Below are positions 18,844 through 29,835 of a stretch of 64,000 bases of DNA, in pieces (the first letter of the stretch is position 1; every line of letters begins with the position of its first letter). The notes under the pieces were generated by a model. That model saw nothing but the letters and a program-made list of their open reading frames with translations, was not told the origin of the DNA and did not search any database. The stretch comes from an uncultured delta proteobacterium. Lineage in GTDB: Bacteria > Desulfobacterota > Binatia > UBA9968. The stretch is from contig CAVYTU010000010.1 in the NCBI GenBank assembly GCA_963771465.1, forward strand, positions 1 to 64,000. The letters are read 5' to 3'. Made by a program: the position numbers and the translations under genes.

Positions 18844-20799
18844 ATGGCAAACAAGGGCGCAGACAAAGCCATCGAAGTTTTGCTCGACGAACGAAGAAAT
18901 TTTCCGCCGCCCAAAGAATTCAAAAAATCAGCCAATCTGAAAAGCGCCGCTGTGTTCAACAGCGCGCGCAAGAATCCCCAGGCTTTTTGGGCCAAAGCGG
19001 CGAAGGACCTGCACTGGTTCAAACCATGGAAGAAAGTCCACGAGTGGAAATCGCCGTGGGCCAAGTGGTTCATCGGCGGCAAGCTCAATGCTTCTTTCAA
19101 TTGTTTAGACCGCCACGTGAATTCCGGACGCAAGAACAAAGCGGCGATCATTTGGGAAGGCGAGCCGGGTGACGAGCGCGTGCTCACGTATCGCGACGTG
19201 TGGCGCGAGGTCAACAAATTTGCCAACGTTTTGAAAAAGCTTGGCGTTAAAAAGGGCGACCGCGTCTGTCTCTATATGGGCATGGTGCCGGAGCTGTTGA
19301 TCGCCATGCACGCGTGCAACCGCATCGGTGCACCGCACAGCGTTGTCTTCGGCGGCTTCAGCGCCGAAGCGCTGCGCGACCGCATCAACGATGCGTCGGC
19401 CAAAGTTTTAGTCACTGCTGACGGCGGTTACCGGCGCGGCACCATCGTGCCGTTAAAAAAGAGTGCCGACGATGCCATGACCGAGACGCCGTCGATCACC
19501 CATTGCGTGGTGGTAAAGCGTGTCGGCACCGACTCCGGCACGCAGATGAAAGAAGGGCGCGATCATTGGTGGAACGATCTGATGGCCGATGCGCCGTTGT
19601 GGTGTGAGCCGGAGAAAATGGACAGCGAGGACATACTTTTCTTGCTTTATACCAGCGGCACAACCGGAAAACCCAAGGGCATCGTTCATACCACCGGCGG
19701 CTACCTCACCGGCGTGACGCTTGCCAATAAGTGGATTTTCGACATGAAAGACGACGACGTCTTCTGGTGCGCCGCAGACATCGGCTGGGTGACCGGTCAC
19801 ACGCATATCGTCTACGGCCCGATGGCCAACGGCGTGACGCAAGTGATGTACGAAGGCACGCCGGATTGGCCGGACAAGGATCGCTTATGGCGCATTATCG
19901 AAAAATACGGCGTAACGATCTTTCACACGGCGCCGACGGCGATCCGCACGTTCATGCGCTGGGGCACGGAATTCCCTGGCAAGCATAATTTGAAAAGCCT
20001 GCGGCTGCTCGGCTCGGTCGGCGAGCCAATCAATCCGGAAGCCTGGATGTGGTATCACAAGTTCATCGGCGGCGGCCGCTGCCCGGTAATGGATACCTGG
20101 TGGCAGACCGAAACCGGCCATCCGCTGATCTCGCCGCTGCCGGGCCTTACCAAACTCAAACCCGGCTCGGCGACCATGCCGCTGCCTGGCATCGAGGCCG
20201 ACGTCGTCGACGAGAACGGCAACTCGGTTCCCAAGGGCGGCGGCGGTTATTTGGTCTTGACCAAACCGTGGCCGGCGATGATGCGGACGATTTACGGCGA
20301 TCCCGATCGTTTTGTGCAAACTTACTGGAGCCGCTTTCCGGGAAAATATTTTGCCGGCGACGGCTGCAAGCGTGACAAGGATGGTTATTATTGGTTGCTC
20401 GGGCGCGTCGACGACGTGATGAACGTCGCCGGTCATCGCATCAGCACGATGGAAGTCGAGAGCGCGCTGGTCGATCATCAAAAAGTCGCCGAGGCCGCGG
20501 TCATCGGCAAAGCGCATGAAATCAAAGGCCAAGCGATCTGTGCGTTTGTCTCGCTCAAAGCTGGAGTCGACGGCAATAATGCGCTGACCGACGAGCTCAA
20601 AGCGCACGTTGCCAAGAAGATCGGACCGATCGCGCGGCCCGACGAAATTCTCTTCGCGGCAGAATTACCGAAAACGCGCAGCGGTAAGATCATGCGCCGT
20701 TTGCTGCGCGATATCGCCGATGGGCGGACGATGGGCGACACGACGACGTTGGCCGATCCGACCGTGGTGGCCAAGCTCAAAGAGCAGTACGAGGAGTAG
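18844..20799 (+). CDS. acs: Acetate--CoA ligase
   Basis: [41 protein letters not shown]. Confidence 0.97.
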   Translation: MANKGADKAIEVLLDERRNFPPPKEFKKSANLKSAAVFNSARKNPQAFWAKAAKDLHWFKPWKKVHEWKSPWAKWFIGGKLNASFNCLDRHVNSGRKNKAAIIWEGEPGDERVLTYRDVWREVNKFANVLKKLGVKKGDRVCLYMGMVPELLIAMHACNRIGAPHSVVFGGFSAEALRDRINDASAKVLVTADGGYRRGTIVPLKKSADDAMTETPSITHCVVVKRVGTDSGTQMKEGRDHWWNDLMADAPLWCEPEKMDSEDILFLLYTSGTTGKPKGIVHTTGGYLTGVTLANKWIFDMKDDDVFWCAADIGWVTGHTHIVYGPMANGVTQVMYEGTPDWPDKDRLWRIIEKYGVTIFHTAPTAIRTFMRWGTEFPGKHNLKSLRLLGSVGEPINPEAWMWYHKFIGGGRCPVMDTWWQTETGHPLISPLPGLTKLKPGSATMPLPGIEADVVDENGNSVPKGGGGYLVLTKPWPAMMRTIYGDPDRFVQTYWSRFPGKYFAGDGCKRDKDGYYWLLGRVDDVMNVAGHRISTMEVESALVDHQKVAEAAVIGKAHEIKGQAICAFVSLKAGVDGNNALTDELKAHVAKKIGPIARPDEILFAAELPKTRSGKIMRRLLRDIADGRTMGDTTTLADPTVVAKLKEQYEE

Positions 20800-20861
20800 G
20801 CAATAGGCATGAGGCAACAGGCAACAGATAAGAAAACAAGAATACAAGGATTGATTGCTGC

Positions 20862-21857
20862 GTGGGTCGATTCGCACTGATCGTTCATTTTACTGTTAGT
20901 GACTTTACCAGCAGCTCGCCGTTGGCGCAGACGCGGGAAAAGGTTCGGGTCGCGCTCGGTTCGATATCGGTGAATACCAGCGTCATTCCCGTCGGTCATC
21001 AATATGGCTTGTTCGCTAAATACGGTGTCGATCTCGAACCGATTTATATGGGCGGCGGGATGAACTCGCTGGCGGCGGTTACCTCCAATTCGGTGCAGTT
21101 TCTTTCAGCCGGCTCGACCGCCACGATCAGCGCGCGACTGGGCGGGATGGATATTACGATGCTGACCGTGCAGTCGAGCAAGCTCGAGTACAGCATTTTC
21201 GCCGCACCGGAAATCAAAACCCCGCAAGAGTTGAAAGGCAAGATCGTCACCGGGACGCGGCCCGGCGCGTCGGCTGACAGCGCCTTGCGTTTGATGCTGC
21301 GCAAGTGGGGTTTGGAGCCGGGCAAGGATGTTATCTTTGTCTCCGTCGGCGATAGCCAACAGGGACGCATGAATGCGTTGCAGCGCGGCTCGGTTGCGGC
21401 CACCGCTTTGACGCCGCCGTTTAGCGGCATAGCGCGGCAACTCGGTTTTCGCGAGCTCATCGACATGCGCAAGACGGATATCGAATACGCCGGCTCATCG
21501 ATCGCCGGCATGGTGGGCTATATCAAAAGCCATCCGCAGTTGGTCGAGAATTTTCTCAAAGGCTATATCGAGTCGCTGCATTTCTTCCGCAGCCAGAAAG
21601 AGAAAACCGTTGCCGGCATCATGAAGTTCATGAAGTTGAACGACCGCTCGCGGGCCGAAGAGGGTTATGAGTATTATCTCGATCTGATGCCGGTCATGCC
21701 CTATGCCAGCGTCGCCGGTGTCAAAGCGGTGTTGCAGTTTCTGGCTCCCGGCCAGCCCAAAGCCGCGACGGCAAATCCGGAAGACTTTTACGATCATAGT
21801 ATCCTTAAGAAAATCGAGGACAGCGGCTTTGCCAAACCGTTCGCGATTCGACGGTGA
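20862..21857 (+). CDS. ABC substrate-binding protein, NMT1/THI5/SsuA-like
   Basis: GLFAKYGVDLE, ELKGK, WGLEPGKDV; start uncertain. Confidence 0.85.
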   Translation: MGRFALIVHFTVSDFTSSSPLAQTREKVRVALGSISVNTSVIPVGHQYGLFAKYGVDLEPIYMGGGMNSLAAVTSNSVQFLSAGSTATISARLGGMDITMLTVQSSKLEYSIFAAPEIKTPQELKGKIVTGTRPGASADSALRLMLRKWGLEPGKDVIFVSVGDSQQGRMNALQRGSVAATALTPPFSGIARQLGFRELIDMRKTDIEYAGSSIAGMVGYIKSHPQLVENFLKGYIESLHFFRSQKEKTVAGIMKFMKLNDRSRAEEGYEYYLDLMPVMPYASVAGVKAVLQFLAPGQPKAATANPEDFYDHSILKKIEDSGFAKPFAIRR

Positions 21858-21904
21858 AGTTGGCGCCAAGACGAATGGCAATAGCGGAAATCGAGGCATA
21901 AATC

Positions 21905-22915
21905 ATGGACAAACCATGCGCCGGGAAAATTGTTGTGGCCGCGCTTTTAGCTAGCCTGATGGCTTCGCCTCTGTCGGCCCAGGCGCAGGATAAGCCCTTA
22001 AAGAAGATCGGCTGGGGCGTAACTTCGTTGTCTGCGTCCAACTGGATTCCCTGGATTGCAAAGGACGCGAAGATCTATGAGAAGAACGGGCTTGATGTGG
22101 AACTGGTCCTGGTTAAAGGATCGGGCCAGACATCGGCGGCGATTCTCGGCGGCAGTCTTTTTGCCGCGCCGGTTGCGGTGCCGCAAGTGATGATGGCCAA
22201 TCTCGGCGGCGCCGATCTGGTAAACATCGCTCACACGGTGCCCGGAGTGCAGAGCAAACTACTGGTCAAGCAGGAAATTAGGCGCCCCGAAGATATCAAG
22301 GGAAAGCGCATCGCGACCTCAAGTTTAGGTTCGCTAGGCGATTTTCTTTTCAAGTACATCATTCGGAAAAACGGCATGGACCCGATTCGCGACGTTACCT
22401 GGCTTTCGATCGGCACGCCAGGGGAGCGGCTGCAAGCGTTGGCATCGGGGCGAGTGGATGCCGCGGATCTGTCCTATCCCACCGACGCGCAGGGCGTGCG
22501 TATGGGGTATCGGGTTCTTTGGGATGCGCGAAAAGAGGTAGTCTATCCATCCATGTCGGTGGTGACCCGCCGGAAAACCGTTCAAGATGACCGCGACACC
22601 GTAATGCGCATGCTCAAGTCCCACGTCGAGGGCATCGCCTATTTCAAAACGCACAAAGAGTTCAGCATGAAAGTGCTAAGCAAGTATCTACGAACTAACG
22701 ATCAGGAACTCTTGGAAGGATCCTACGCGATCTTCAAGGAGGATTTTATTTCCACGCCTTATCCGATCATGAAGGGATTGGAGGCGACCTACGACTACGT
22801 TGCAGCGACGCGACCGGAGATTCGCGGCCGTAAGCCCGAGGAATTCATGGACCCGAGCTTGATCGCTGAATTGGACAAGAGCGGCTTCATCAAGAAACTC
22901 TACGAGCAGAAATAA
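21905..22915 (+). CDS. ABC substrate-binding protein, NMT1/THI5/SsuA-like
   Basis: Signal peptide; KNGLDVEL, DIKGKRI, ELDKSGFI. Confidence 0.88.
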   Translation: MDKPCAGKIVVAALLASLMASPLSAQAQDKPLKKIGWGVTSLSASNWIPWIAKDAKIYEKNGLDVELVLVKGSGQTSAAILGGSLFAAPVAVPQVMMANLGGADLVNIAHTVPGVQSKLLVKQEIRRPEDIKGKRIATSSLGSLGDFLFKYIIRKNGMDPIRDVTWLSIGTPGERLQALASGRVDAADLSYPTDAQGVRMGYRVLWDARKEVVYPSMSVVTRRKTVQDDRDTVMRMLKSHVEGIAYFKTHKEFSMKVLSKYLRTNDQELLEGSYAIFKEDFISTPYPIMKGLEATYDYVAATRPEIRGRKPEEFMDPSLIAELDKSGFIKKLYEQK

Positions 22916-22966
22916 CCGGGCCGCGGCTGACTTTGATCGCAGTTGGGTTGGACTCTTTCGTGCTTC

Positions 22967-23617
22967 TTACTGCGGAGCCGTGTACTGGATAACTTCATAA
23001 ACGACCTTTGTTCGACCGCTCGGATGGCCCACGGTTGTCTCGTTGATTCTCTTGACCATCAATTTTATTTCCGGCACGTACCAGATCGTCGAGAAGGCGC
23101 TGTTCGAAGTTTCCGATTGAATCTTTAAAGCTTTCCAAGTGCCCGCCGGTACCGTGACGTCTTCAGAGGCGGCCACACGGTATTGGACATTGACGGGTCC
23201 GATCGTCATCCCTTGCACGCGGTTGTTGAAGGTAAAAGTCGCGGTCCATGACTTGTCTACGTATAGGGGCCACGAAAGCATTCCGTCATGCGGTAGCGTG
23301 GAGCTAACTTCCTTGCCGAATCGGAGAGTGGCAATCGCATTGCTCGTGGCAACGTCGTAAAGATTCGTGTCGTTTCCGACGACGACGCGATGGACGGGTT
23401 TGCCCTCATAGACACCATCCTCGATGACCGTATATGTCAAAGTCACGGTTGGACCGCTCTGTAATACGATTCGGCCAACCCATTTGGTTCCAACCGCGGG
23501 AAATCCGACGTCCGCTTTGATCGTGCCTGGCGGCGGTTCAGCGGGAGGTTCCGCCGCCAGTACCGGATAGGCGAGAGAAAACGCTACAATGCGAAGGAAG
23601 AAATACTTTCGAAGCAT
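22967..23617 (-). CDS. Exported hypothetical beta-rich protein
   Basis: Signal peptide VLA-A; EDVTVPAGTW...WY motif. Confidence 0.7.
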   Translation of the reverse strand: MLRKYFFLRIVAFSLAYPVLAAEPPAEPPPGTIKADVGFPAVGTKWVGRIVLQSGPTVTLTYTVIEDGVYEGKPVHRVVVGNDTNLYDVATSNAIATLRFGKEVSSTLPHDGMLSWPLYVDKSWTATFTFNNRVQGMTIGPVNVQYRVAASEDVTVPAGTWKALKIQSETSNSAFSTIWYVPEIKLMVKRINETTVGHPSGRTKVVYEVIQYTAPQ

Positions 23618-23695
23618 GCCTATTTACTCCTTCGTGGTTTCATTTTACCTCGAGATTCTTTTTAAAGAGGATTGCCGTGTCAATAATCCGAAAGA

Positions 23696-25696
23696 TCAAC
23701 GCGGTTTTCTCTCAACGGATGAGTGGCTCTTCTTGGCCTCTGCGATAATCCGCTCGGCGTCTTCCGGAAGCAGAAATCGTTCATCAACTAAAGTTCTTGC
23801 CGCGCGGCTGATTTGCTCGACGTAATCTTGCTTGTCACCGTAGCGCTCGGCGAGGGAGAGCCGCGGGTCGCCGGTTTTTTTGCGTTGGGTTTTGCTTTTC
23901 GCAAAGGGCTTGAACGAGCCGAGCAAGCCCGACAATTCTCCTTCGGCTAACCCGCGCGGGCGGAGGTTCCAGCCGGTGTAGGTTCCAATCGGCGCTTCGA
24001 GGGCTGGAAGACGAATCCCGGCGAGATCGTTGCCGTCGGCGTCGACTTTCGGCACGAGGATTTTGTAGGCGCCATTACCGATAGGTTTCGGCGGATGGAC
24101 GTCCACCTTGCCGCGTAGAATGTTTTCGCCATAGTCGAGAAACAGTTGGCGGTTGTGCAGTCCAATAAAACTGACGCCAGGAATTTTCGGGAAGCCGGTC
24201 CGATTCGGTGCAACCAAGGTTCGGTCTTGCACGCTCGGGTAACGGCTCGGCGGTGGCGGAATGCGTTTCGTCGCCCATTGATCCATTGCGACCATCAAGG
24301 CGCGGAGAATGTCGCCCGCGGGCAGCGGATTGACGAGCAACTGAGTGTCGTTTTTGGCAGGCTCGGAGCCAAACGGGCTGTTGTGCTGAGCGCTGGCGAT
24401 GACATAGATGCGCACGTTGTCGGGGATCGGCAAATCCTTCCCCTTACCGTCGGTGTGCGCCAAGCAACCGCGCTTCTGCCAGTATTCGGTCGAAGTCTGC
24501 GTGTGAAAAACCAATGGATCGGTCTTTGGTCGTTTGAGGATGCCGTCGCGCCGGCCGGTCTGCGCATCTTTAATTACGTTATATGCATGCGGGAAAAGCT
24601 CGGGATCGAGTTGGTTGGTGTGTTGCTGCGACGAAGTGACCGGCCTGGCGAACTCGTAGTTTAAATATACCCTGCCGCCACCGGCTACGTGCGGCGCGAT
24701 GGCGTCGAAGACTTTGCGGTGCTTCTCGTCTTCGTTGAAACCGTGATAGACGAAGTCGCGCAGAAAACGTCCGCTCTGGGAGCGGCCCCAGGCATAGGCG
24801 TGCGTGATGCCGTTTGTCTTCTTTCCTGAAGCAAGCGGGTTCGGCTTTCCCGTTGAATCTTTCAATTCGAAGCGCAGGAACGAAACCAGGTCGCGCACGA
24901 CGGCGAAGCCTAAGCCAAGCACGAGCGGGTCTTTCGCCGGATAGATGAATTCGTAGATATGGCCAGGCTTAAAACCCGAGTGAAGGTACAGATCGCAACC
25001 GCTCGGTTTGATAACTTCCTTGCCGTTGCGCTGGTCTTTCACGCAGGCGGCGAATTCCCATTGGGTTGCGGGCACGGGAATTCTCTTGCCGTAAGATTGT
25101 TCTCGCACCGTCAGCGTCGCCAGAGATTTGTCCCGCGACGCGGCTTGGTAACTTTTGACTCGCTCGTCGCCGCTGAGCGGTTGCGACTTGACGTCTTTCT
25201 GATCGACGACGATCTCGGTGCGGACTTTACTGACAATCGGCACGCCATGGTTGGTCGCCACGGGAACATTGAGCACGAGCCAATTTTTAAGCGGCATCAA
25301 ATCGCCCTGCCAGCCGCACCAGACGATGGTGTAGCCTTGGCGCATAAGAAAGCCATTGCCGGCGTGTTCGAGTGTGCTCGGGTCATTCGCTTCGGGGGCA
25401 TCGTTGAGAAAACCCAAGATACGCTTGCCGCCGCGGTTGGGCGCGTCGAAAAATATTTTGCCATTGCCGCGCGCCATGTCGAGCGGTTTCAAGATGCAAA
25501 AATTGCTGGAATATTCGACTCGGCCGCGCTTGTTGCGTGGCGCTTTATTCAAGTTGACGATAATTCGATTCAGTCGGTGAGTCGGATCGACTTCGCCGTA
25601 GATTGTGCCGACGAGTTTTTCATAGGCGCCGGTGATGGGGAATTCATGACCGCCGGCGAAGGGTTGTCTTTTTCGGATGATGAAGCGGGTAAGCAT
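23696..25696 (-). CDS. Large alpha/beta hydrolase domain protein
   Basis: GRSQSGRFLR nucleophile elbow, TSTEYW, PKVDADGND.AGIRLP. Confidence 0.8.
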   Translation of the reverse strand: MLTRFIIRKRQPFAGGHEFPITGAYEKLVGTIYGEVDPTHRLNRIIVNLNKAPRNKRGRVEYSSNFCILKPLDMARGNGKIFFDAPNRGGKRILGFLNDAPEANDPSTLEHAGNGFLMRQGYTIVWCGWQGDLMPLKNWLVLNVPVATNHGVPIVSKVRTEIVVDQKDVKSQPLSGDERVKSYQAASRDKSLATLTVREQSYGKRIPVPATQWEFAACVKDQRNGKEVIKPSGCDLYLHSGFKPGHIYEFIYPAKDPLVLGLGFAVVRDLVSFLRFELKDSTGKPNPLASGKKTNGITHAYAWGRSQSGRFLRDFVYHGFNEDEKHRKVFDAIAPHVAGGGRVYLNYEFARPVTSSQQHTNQLDPELFPHAYNVIKDAQTGRRDGILKRPKTDPLVFHTQTSTEYWQKRGCLAHTDGKGKDLPIPDNVRIYVIASAQHNSPFGSEPAKNDTQLLVNPLPAGDILRALMVAMDQWATKRIPPPPSRYPSVQDRTLVAPNRTGFPKIPGVSFIGLHNRQLFLDYGENILRGKVDVHPPKPIGNGAYKILVPKVDADGNDLAGIRLPALEAPIGTYTGWNLRPRGLAEGELSGLLGSFKPFAKSKTQRKKTGDPRLSLAERYGDKQDYVEQISRAARTLVDERFLLPEDAERIIAEAKKSHSSVERKPR

Positions 25697-25751
25697 AAAA
25701 TTAATTGAGAATGGATAATTGATAATTAAAAATTGTCGGATCAGGAACCGA

Positions 25752-26696
25752 TTAGTATTCGTTGAACATTCGCTGTAGGTCTTTTGGGTCTTTCGTTTTG
25801 GTTAGGCCTAGCATCAGCAGGATTCTCGCTTTGTGCGGGATCAGGCTGTCGGCTTGGATGAAGGGGTCGTTCCAGTCGACCGGGACTCTGCCTTGTCCGC
25901 CGCGGTTCGACAGTACTACCGGTATCCCACTTGCGGCGATTTTCTCCATTCCTGCCAGTTGATCCGCCGATGGGCGGCCGTTGTAGGCGTAGCCGCTGAT
26001 GACGAGTCCCTTCGCTCCGGCAGCGACGCAGGCTTGCGCCGCGGTATCGTCGCCGCCGACGTAGGCGGCGATCACGTCGACGCGCGGGAATTCGTCAATC
26101 TCGCGGATATCGAACTCGGAGCCAAAGGTATGGCGCCGCGTCGGCGCGTAATAGAAACTCACTTGGTCGTCTTCGATGTGGCCGAGCAGGCCGCGTCCGA
26201 GGGAATGAAAGCCGCCGGGGCGCTGATTGGTTTTGACCACTTCGCGTGCCGAGTGAATTTCCTCGTGCAGGGTGACCAATACGCCTTTGCCGCGCGCGTC
26301 GGGCGAGAGTACCAGACGGATGGCGTCGAGCATGTTGCGGTCGCCGTCGTTGCCGACTTCGTCGTGTTTGCGCTGCGAGGCGACGACGACTAGCGGTTTC
26401 TCCGAGCGCACGCACAAGTGGAGAAAGTACGCGGTCTCTTCAGTGGTAAACGTGCCGTGGGTGACAATGATGCCGTCGATGCGCGAATCTTCAGCAGCGG
26501 CGCTGGCGGCGCGGCCGACGTCGAGCCAATGGTTTAAGCGCAATTGGCCGCTGCGCACCCGAGTGGCTTCGACGACTTCGAAATCCGCCATCGCTTTGGC
26601 TTGCGGAATATCTTTTAGCACTTCGTCGATGCCGATGAGGCCGTGGCCGGTGTTGGCGATGGTTCCGCCGGTGGCGATGATTTTGATTAGGGGCAT
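25752..26696 (-). CDS. Asparaginase-fold amidohydrolase
   Basis: ATGGTIA, THGTFT, VVKT, KARILLML. Confidence 0.88.
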   Translation of the reverse strand: MPLIKIIATGGTIANTGHGLIGIDEVLKDIPQAKAMADFEVVEATRVRSGQLRLNHWLDVGRAASAAAEDSRIDGIIVTHGTFTTEETAYFLHLCVRSEKPLVVVASQRKHDEVGNDGDRNMLDAIRLVLSPDARGKGVLVTLHEEIHSAREVVKTNQRPGGFHSLGRGLLGHIEDDQVSFYYAPTRRHTFGSEFDIREIDEFPRVDVIAAYVGGDDTAAQACVAAGAKGLVISGYAYNGRPSADQLAGMEKIAASGIPVVLSNRGGQGRVPVDWNDPFIQADSLIPHKARILLMLGLTKTKDPKDLQRMFNEY

Positions 26697-26733
26697 GAGT
26701 TTATTTGCGTTCCAATCGTTGCCATCGTTCGTT

Positions 26734-27688
26734 CTAAGTTTCCAAGGTGCTCGGGTGAAACATTTCTTCGGGCTCGAACTTCCGCTTCGTCAGGCCTTGG
26801 CGAAAGCAGTAATCGAGCAGCTTATCCACTTCCGGTCTGGTTTTCTGAAAACCCCAGAGATACGGATCGTTCCCGGCGACGGACTGTTCTTCCTCCCACA
26901 GCGCGCGGTACCAGAGAGCGGTCTGGTGCACGCGCTGCCATTGGAGCCATTCATAGCACTTCTTTTTCGATTCCTGCCAGGCGTTGAACAGGCTCATCGC
27001 TACCCAGGGATTTTTTTCTAAGACAGAGTTCTTGATCAGCAGCGTGTGCATGATCGGAAAGAAACCCGTGCGCCGGTAATAATCGCGCTCCAGCTCCGCG
27101 TAGTTGGGAAATAGAAAATCGATTTCCGGGTGAACTCGCGGCGCCCAGGTGCCGGTGGTGATCGCCGCGTCGATTTTCCCGGCTGCAAGCCAATCGAATT
27201 GCGTGCTCGCCTTTGGGAATGATCTCGACTTTCAACCACACCGGTGGTTTCCAGTCGCCGACGCCGCTGACGCGATCGGCGATCCAAGTGACGGATTTTG
27301 GATCGAGGCCGTACTCGTCTTCGAGCAGGCCACGCGCCCACACGGCGGTGGTCGTCAGCCAGTTTTGCACGCCGATGCGCTTGCCGTTCAAATCGGCGGG
27401 CGAGCGGATGCCAGAGCGTTTGTTGATGTAAATGTAGGAGTGGCGAAACATCCGCTTGACGAAAATCGGGATCGCCGTGTAACCGAGCGACTTGTAGTGC
27501 AGGTCGGCGATGTAAGTGCCGGTGTAAAATTCCGCGGCGTCGAATTCCTTGCCGTCGATCTTCGTGTGCCGCCCTGGGCTCGGGTTGACGTGGATTTCGA
27601 GATCAATGCCATCGGCTTTAACCGTGCCGTCGATCAACGCGCGCGCGCGGTCGTAGGGACCGCAGGTCATGGTGAGTTTTAGCGCCAT
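26734..27688 (-). pseudogene. 4,5-dihydroxyphthalate decarboxylase-like (SBP-fold) protein, frameshifted near 27208
   Basis: CGPYDRARALIDG and RMFRHSYIY in one frame; a second frame continues QFDWLAAGKIDAA...YYRRTGFFPIMH...FHP; may be an assembly error. Confidence 0.75.
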
Positions 27689-27689
27689 G

Positions 27690-28682
27690 CTATTGGACCT
27701 TGAAAACTCGATTGAACTCTTTGCCAAGCTGCTCGTATTCATCCGAAGTGACGTGCAAGGTGAAAGTCTTTGCGCCCTTGAGACGAGGATTTTTCGCGCT
27801 CATGCCGATGCGTCCGGGACTTCTGCCTTTGTCCTGGAGCAGCTTCTGACCTTCGGCGGAAAGCATGAAGTCGATGAAAACTTTGGCCGCGTTGGGGCGC
27901 GGCGCGTTCTTCAGGAGCGAGATGCGATTGGGATCGCCGCCGACCAAGGGATTCGGCGCGACCCAGTGGAGCGGCGCGCCTTTTTCGCTGTATTCATCGA
28001 CGCGGTGTTGATACAGCGACACGGCGACGGGAAACTCGCCGGCCGATACCAGTTCGGTAATCAACGTGTAGCCTTTTCTGAAATTGACTTGCTGCTCGGC
28101 GAGCCGCCGCCAGTATTCCATCCCTTTGTCTTTTCCTCTCGCTTTGATCAGCGCGCCGAACAAATAATATTCTTCCGTATCCCAACCGAGCTGGCCTTTC
28201 CAGCGCGGCTGGAGCAAATCGTCATAGCTTTTCGGCGCGGCGTCAGCTGAAACCAGCCGGGAGTTGTAGCCGATGACGTAGATCGTTTGATGCAAGCCCA
28301 CGCCGAAGCCATCCGGATCGCGCCAATCGGCGGGAAAGTTTGCTGCTTCTCTCGATTGATAGCGGTCGAGGGCCGATTTTTCTTTTAAGATGCCCGACTG
28401 GATGCCGCTAATTGCCACGACGTCGCCGAGAAATGTTCCCGTGCGTTGTTCGCTGAGCAGCCGGTTGAGCGTCCTTTCGCTACTAGCTCGGACGGGTTCG
28501 ACCCTGAGCGGCGGATATTTTCTCTCGAAAGCTTTGACGACATAGTCGGCATCGCTCGGTCCCCATGAAGTGTAAAAGACGATGCGGCCTTCCTGTTTCG
28601 CCTTGTCGAAGTCTTGCGCGTGAAGGGTGCCGCTCAAGACGGCAACGATCAGAGCGATTGCTGCGCTGTGCATGTGTTTCAT
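27690..28682 (-). CDS. Extracellular solute-binding protein (AfuA/FbpA-like)
   Basis: Signal peptide; AKQEG, PKSYDDLLQPRWKG, APRPNAAKVFIDFMLS.EGQ. Confidence 0.88.
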   Translation of the reverse strand: MKHMHSAAIALIVAVLSGTLHAQDFDKAKQEGRIVFYTSWGPSDADYVVKAFERKYPPLRVEPVRASSERTLNRLLSEQRTGTFLGDVVAISGIQSGILKEKSALDRYQSREAANFPADWRDPDGFGVGLHQTIYVIGYNSRLVSADAAPKSYDDLLQPRWKGQLGWDTEEYYLFGALIKARGKDKGMEYWRRLAEQQVNFRKGYTLITELVSAGEFPVAVSLYQHRVDEYSEKGAPLHWVAPNPLVGGDPNRISLLKNAPRPNAAKVFIDFMLSAEGQKLLQDKGRSPGRIGMSAKNPRLKGAKTFTLHVTSDEYEQLGKEFNRVFKVQ

Positions 28683-28692
28683 AGACTCCTCG

Positions 28693-29835
28693 TCACTTGT
28701 AGACGCTCGCGACAAATCCTTCCCGCTCCAATTCATCCATCACGCTGGTATCGACGAAGTCGCGCCAATCGCGCTGCTCTTTGACCTGCATAAATTCCAA
28801 AAACACCGTGGCGTCTTCCGGCCCGGGGGTAGGCACTCTGGGAAAAACTTTCAGCCAGAAATCGTAAGTCTCCGAGAGAATTTTGCCGTCGGTTTCGCGC
28901 AAGTTTTTGCCCAATACTCTCATGCCGAAGTCGCGATCGGTGCGAAAGCGCGCCAGGCCGGCGACAAAAGCTCTCATGAAATTTTTCACCGTGTCGCGCT
29001 GCGACTTGATGAATGATTGGCGAGTGGTGATCTGGTTGATCGGATATTGGATGCCGCTGCCGACAAGATCGTAGAGCGGACGCAAGCCGAGCTCTTTCGC
29101 GCGCAGCGTAAAGGGTGGCAGCAATAATGTTGCTTGTACGGTTCCCGCGGCCAGCGCCGCCAGGCGCGAGCCGAAGTCGCCGACTTGCAACATGGTGACA
29201 TCTTTGTCGGGATCGAGTCCAAGTTTTCTCAGCGCATACTGAGCGGCGACGTAGCCGGAGCCACCGACGGTGCTGACAGCGAGTTTTTTACCTTTTAATT
29301 CAGACGGCTCGCGAATGTCCTTGCCGACGTAGAGCGTGTAGGGAAACACGCCGACCGTGCGCGCGATGATGACGGTGTCGGCGCCCTTGAGCCGGGCGTT
29401 GACTACGGCGGCGCCGCCGGTGGTGCTGATCTGAATGTCGCCGCCGATCAGCGCGCGGGTGACCGGCTGGCCGCCGGAAAATTGAATCACTTCGAGATTC
29501 TTGATGCCGTATTTTTCGAAGTAGCGTCCTTCTTTGGCTGACCAGAGCGGCGCTTGGGTGGCGCTGAAGATGGTTCCAGCGCGCAGGGGTTCCTGGGCGT
29601 TTACACTGTTTGAAACGAGAAGCGGAGTTGCCAGAATGAAAAATGTGATTGCGCAGCGCATTGCGGCATGAAGAAAATTCCCCTCAGTCCCCCTTTGGCA
29701 AAGGGGGAAGATCGGACGCCAAGCACGTTGTCGCACCGGCACGATTTGATTTCCCCTCTTTAAAAAAGAGGGGTAAGGGGAGATTTGTAATTGGGTGGCG
29801 TGGCGCACCTTTTTGCGGAACAGGAGTTTATTCAT
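28693..29835 (-). CDS. ABC substrate-binding protein, NMT1/THI5-like (alternative start 29661)
   Basis: EGRYFEKYG, ELKGKK, GLDPDKDV; ATG 29835 overlaps the UbiD stop. Confidence 0.85.
   Translation of the reverse strand: MNKLLFRKKVRHATQLQISPYPSFLKRGNQIVPVRQRAWRPIFPLCQRGTEGNFLHAAMRCAITFFILATPLLVSNSVNAQEPLRAGTIFSATQAPLWSAKEGRYFEKYGIKNLEVIQFSGGQPVTRALIGGDIQISTTGGAAVVNARLKGADTVIIARTVGVFPYTLYVGKDIREPSELKGKKLAVSTVGGSGYVAAQYALRKLGLDPDKDVTMLQVGDFGSRLAALAAGTVQATLLLPPFTLRAKELGLRPLYDLVGSGIQYPINQITTRQSFIKSQRDTVKNFMRAFVAGLARFRTDRDFGMRVLGKNLRETDGKILSETYDFWLKVFPRVPTPGPEDATVFLEFMQVKEQRDWRDFVDTSVMDELEREGFVASVYK
29675..29786. repeat. REP-like palindromic doublet
   Basis: Hairpins TCCCCCTTTGGCAAAGGGGGA and CCCCTCTTTAAAAAAGAGGGG, with outer inverted ends AAATTCCCCT / AGGGGAGATTT. 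Confidence 0.8.
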
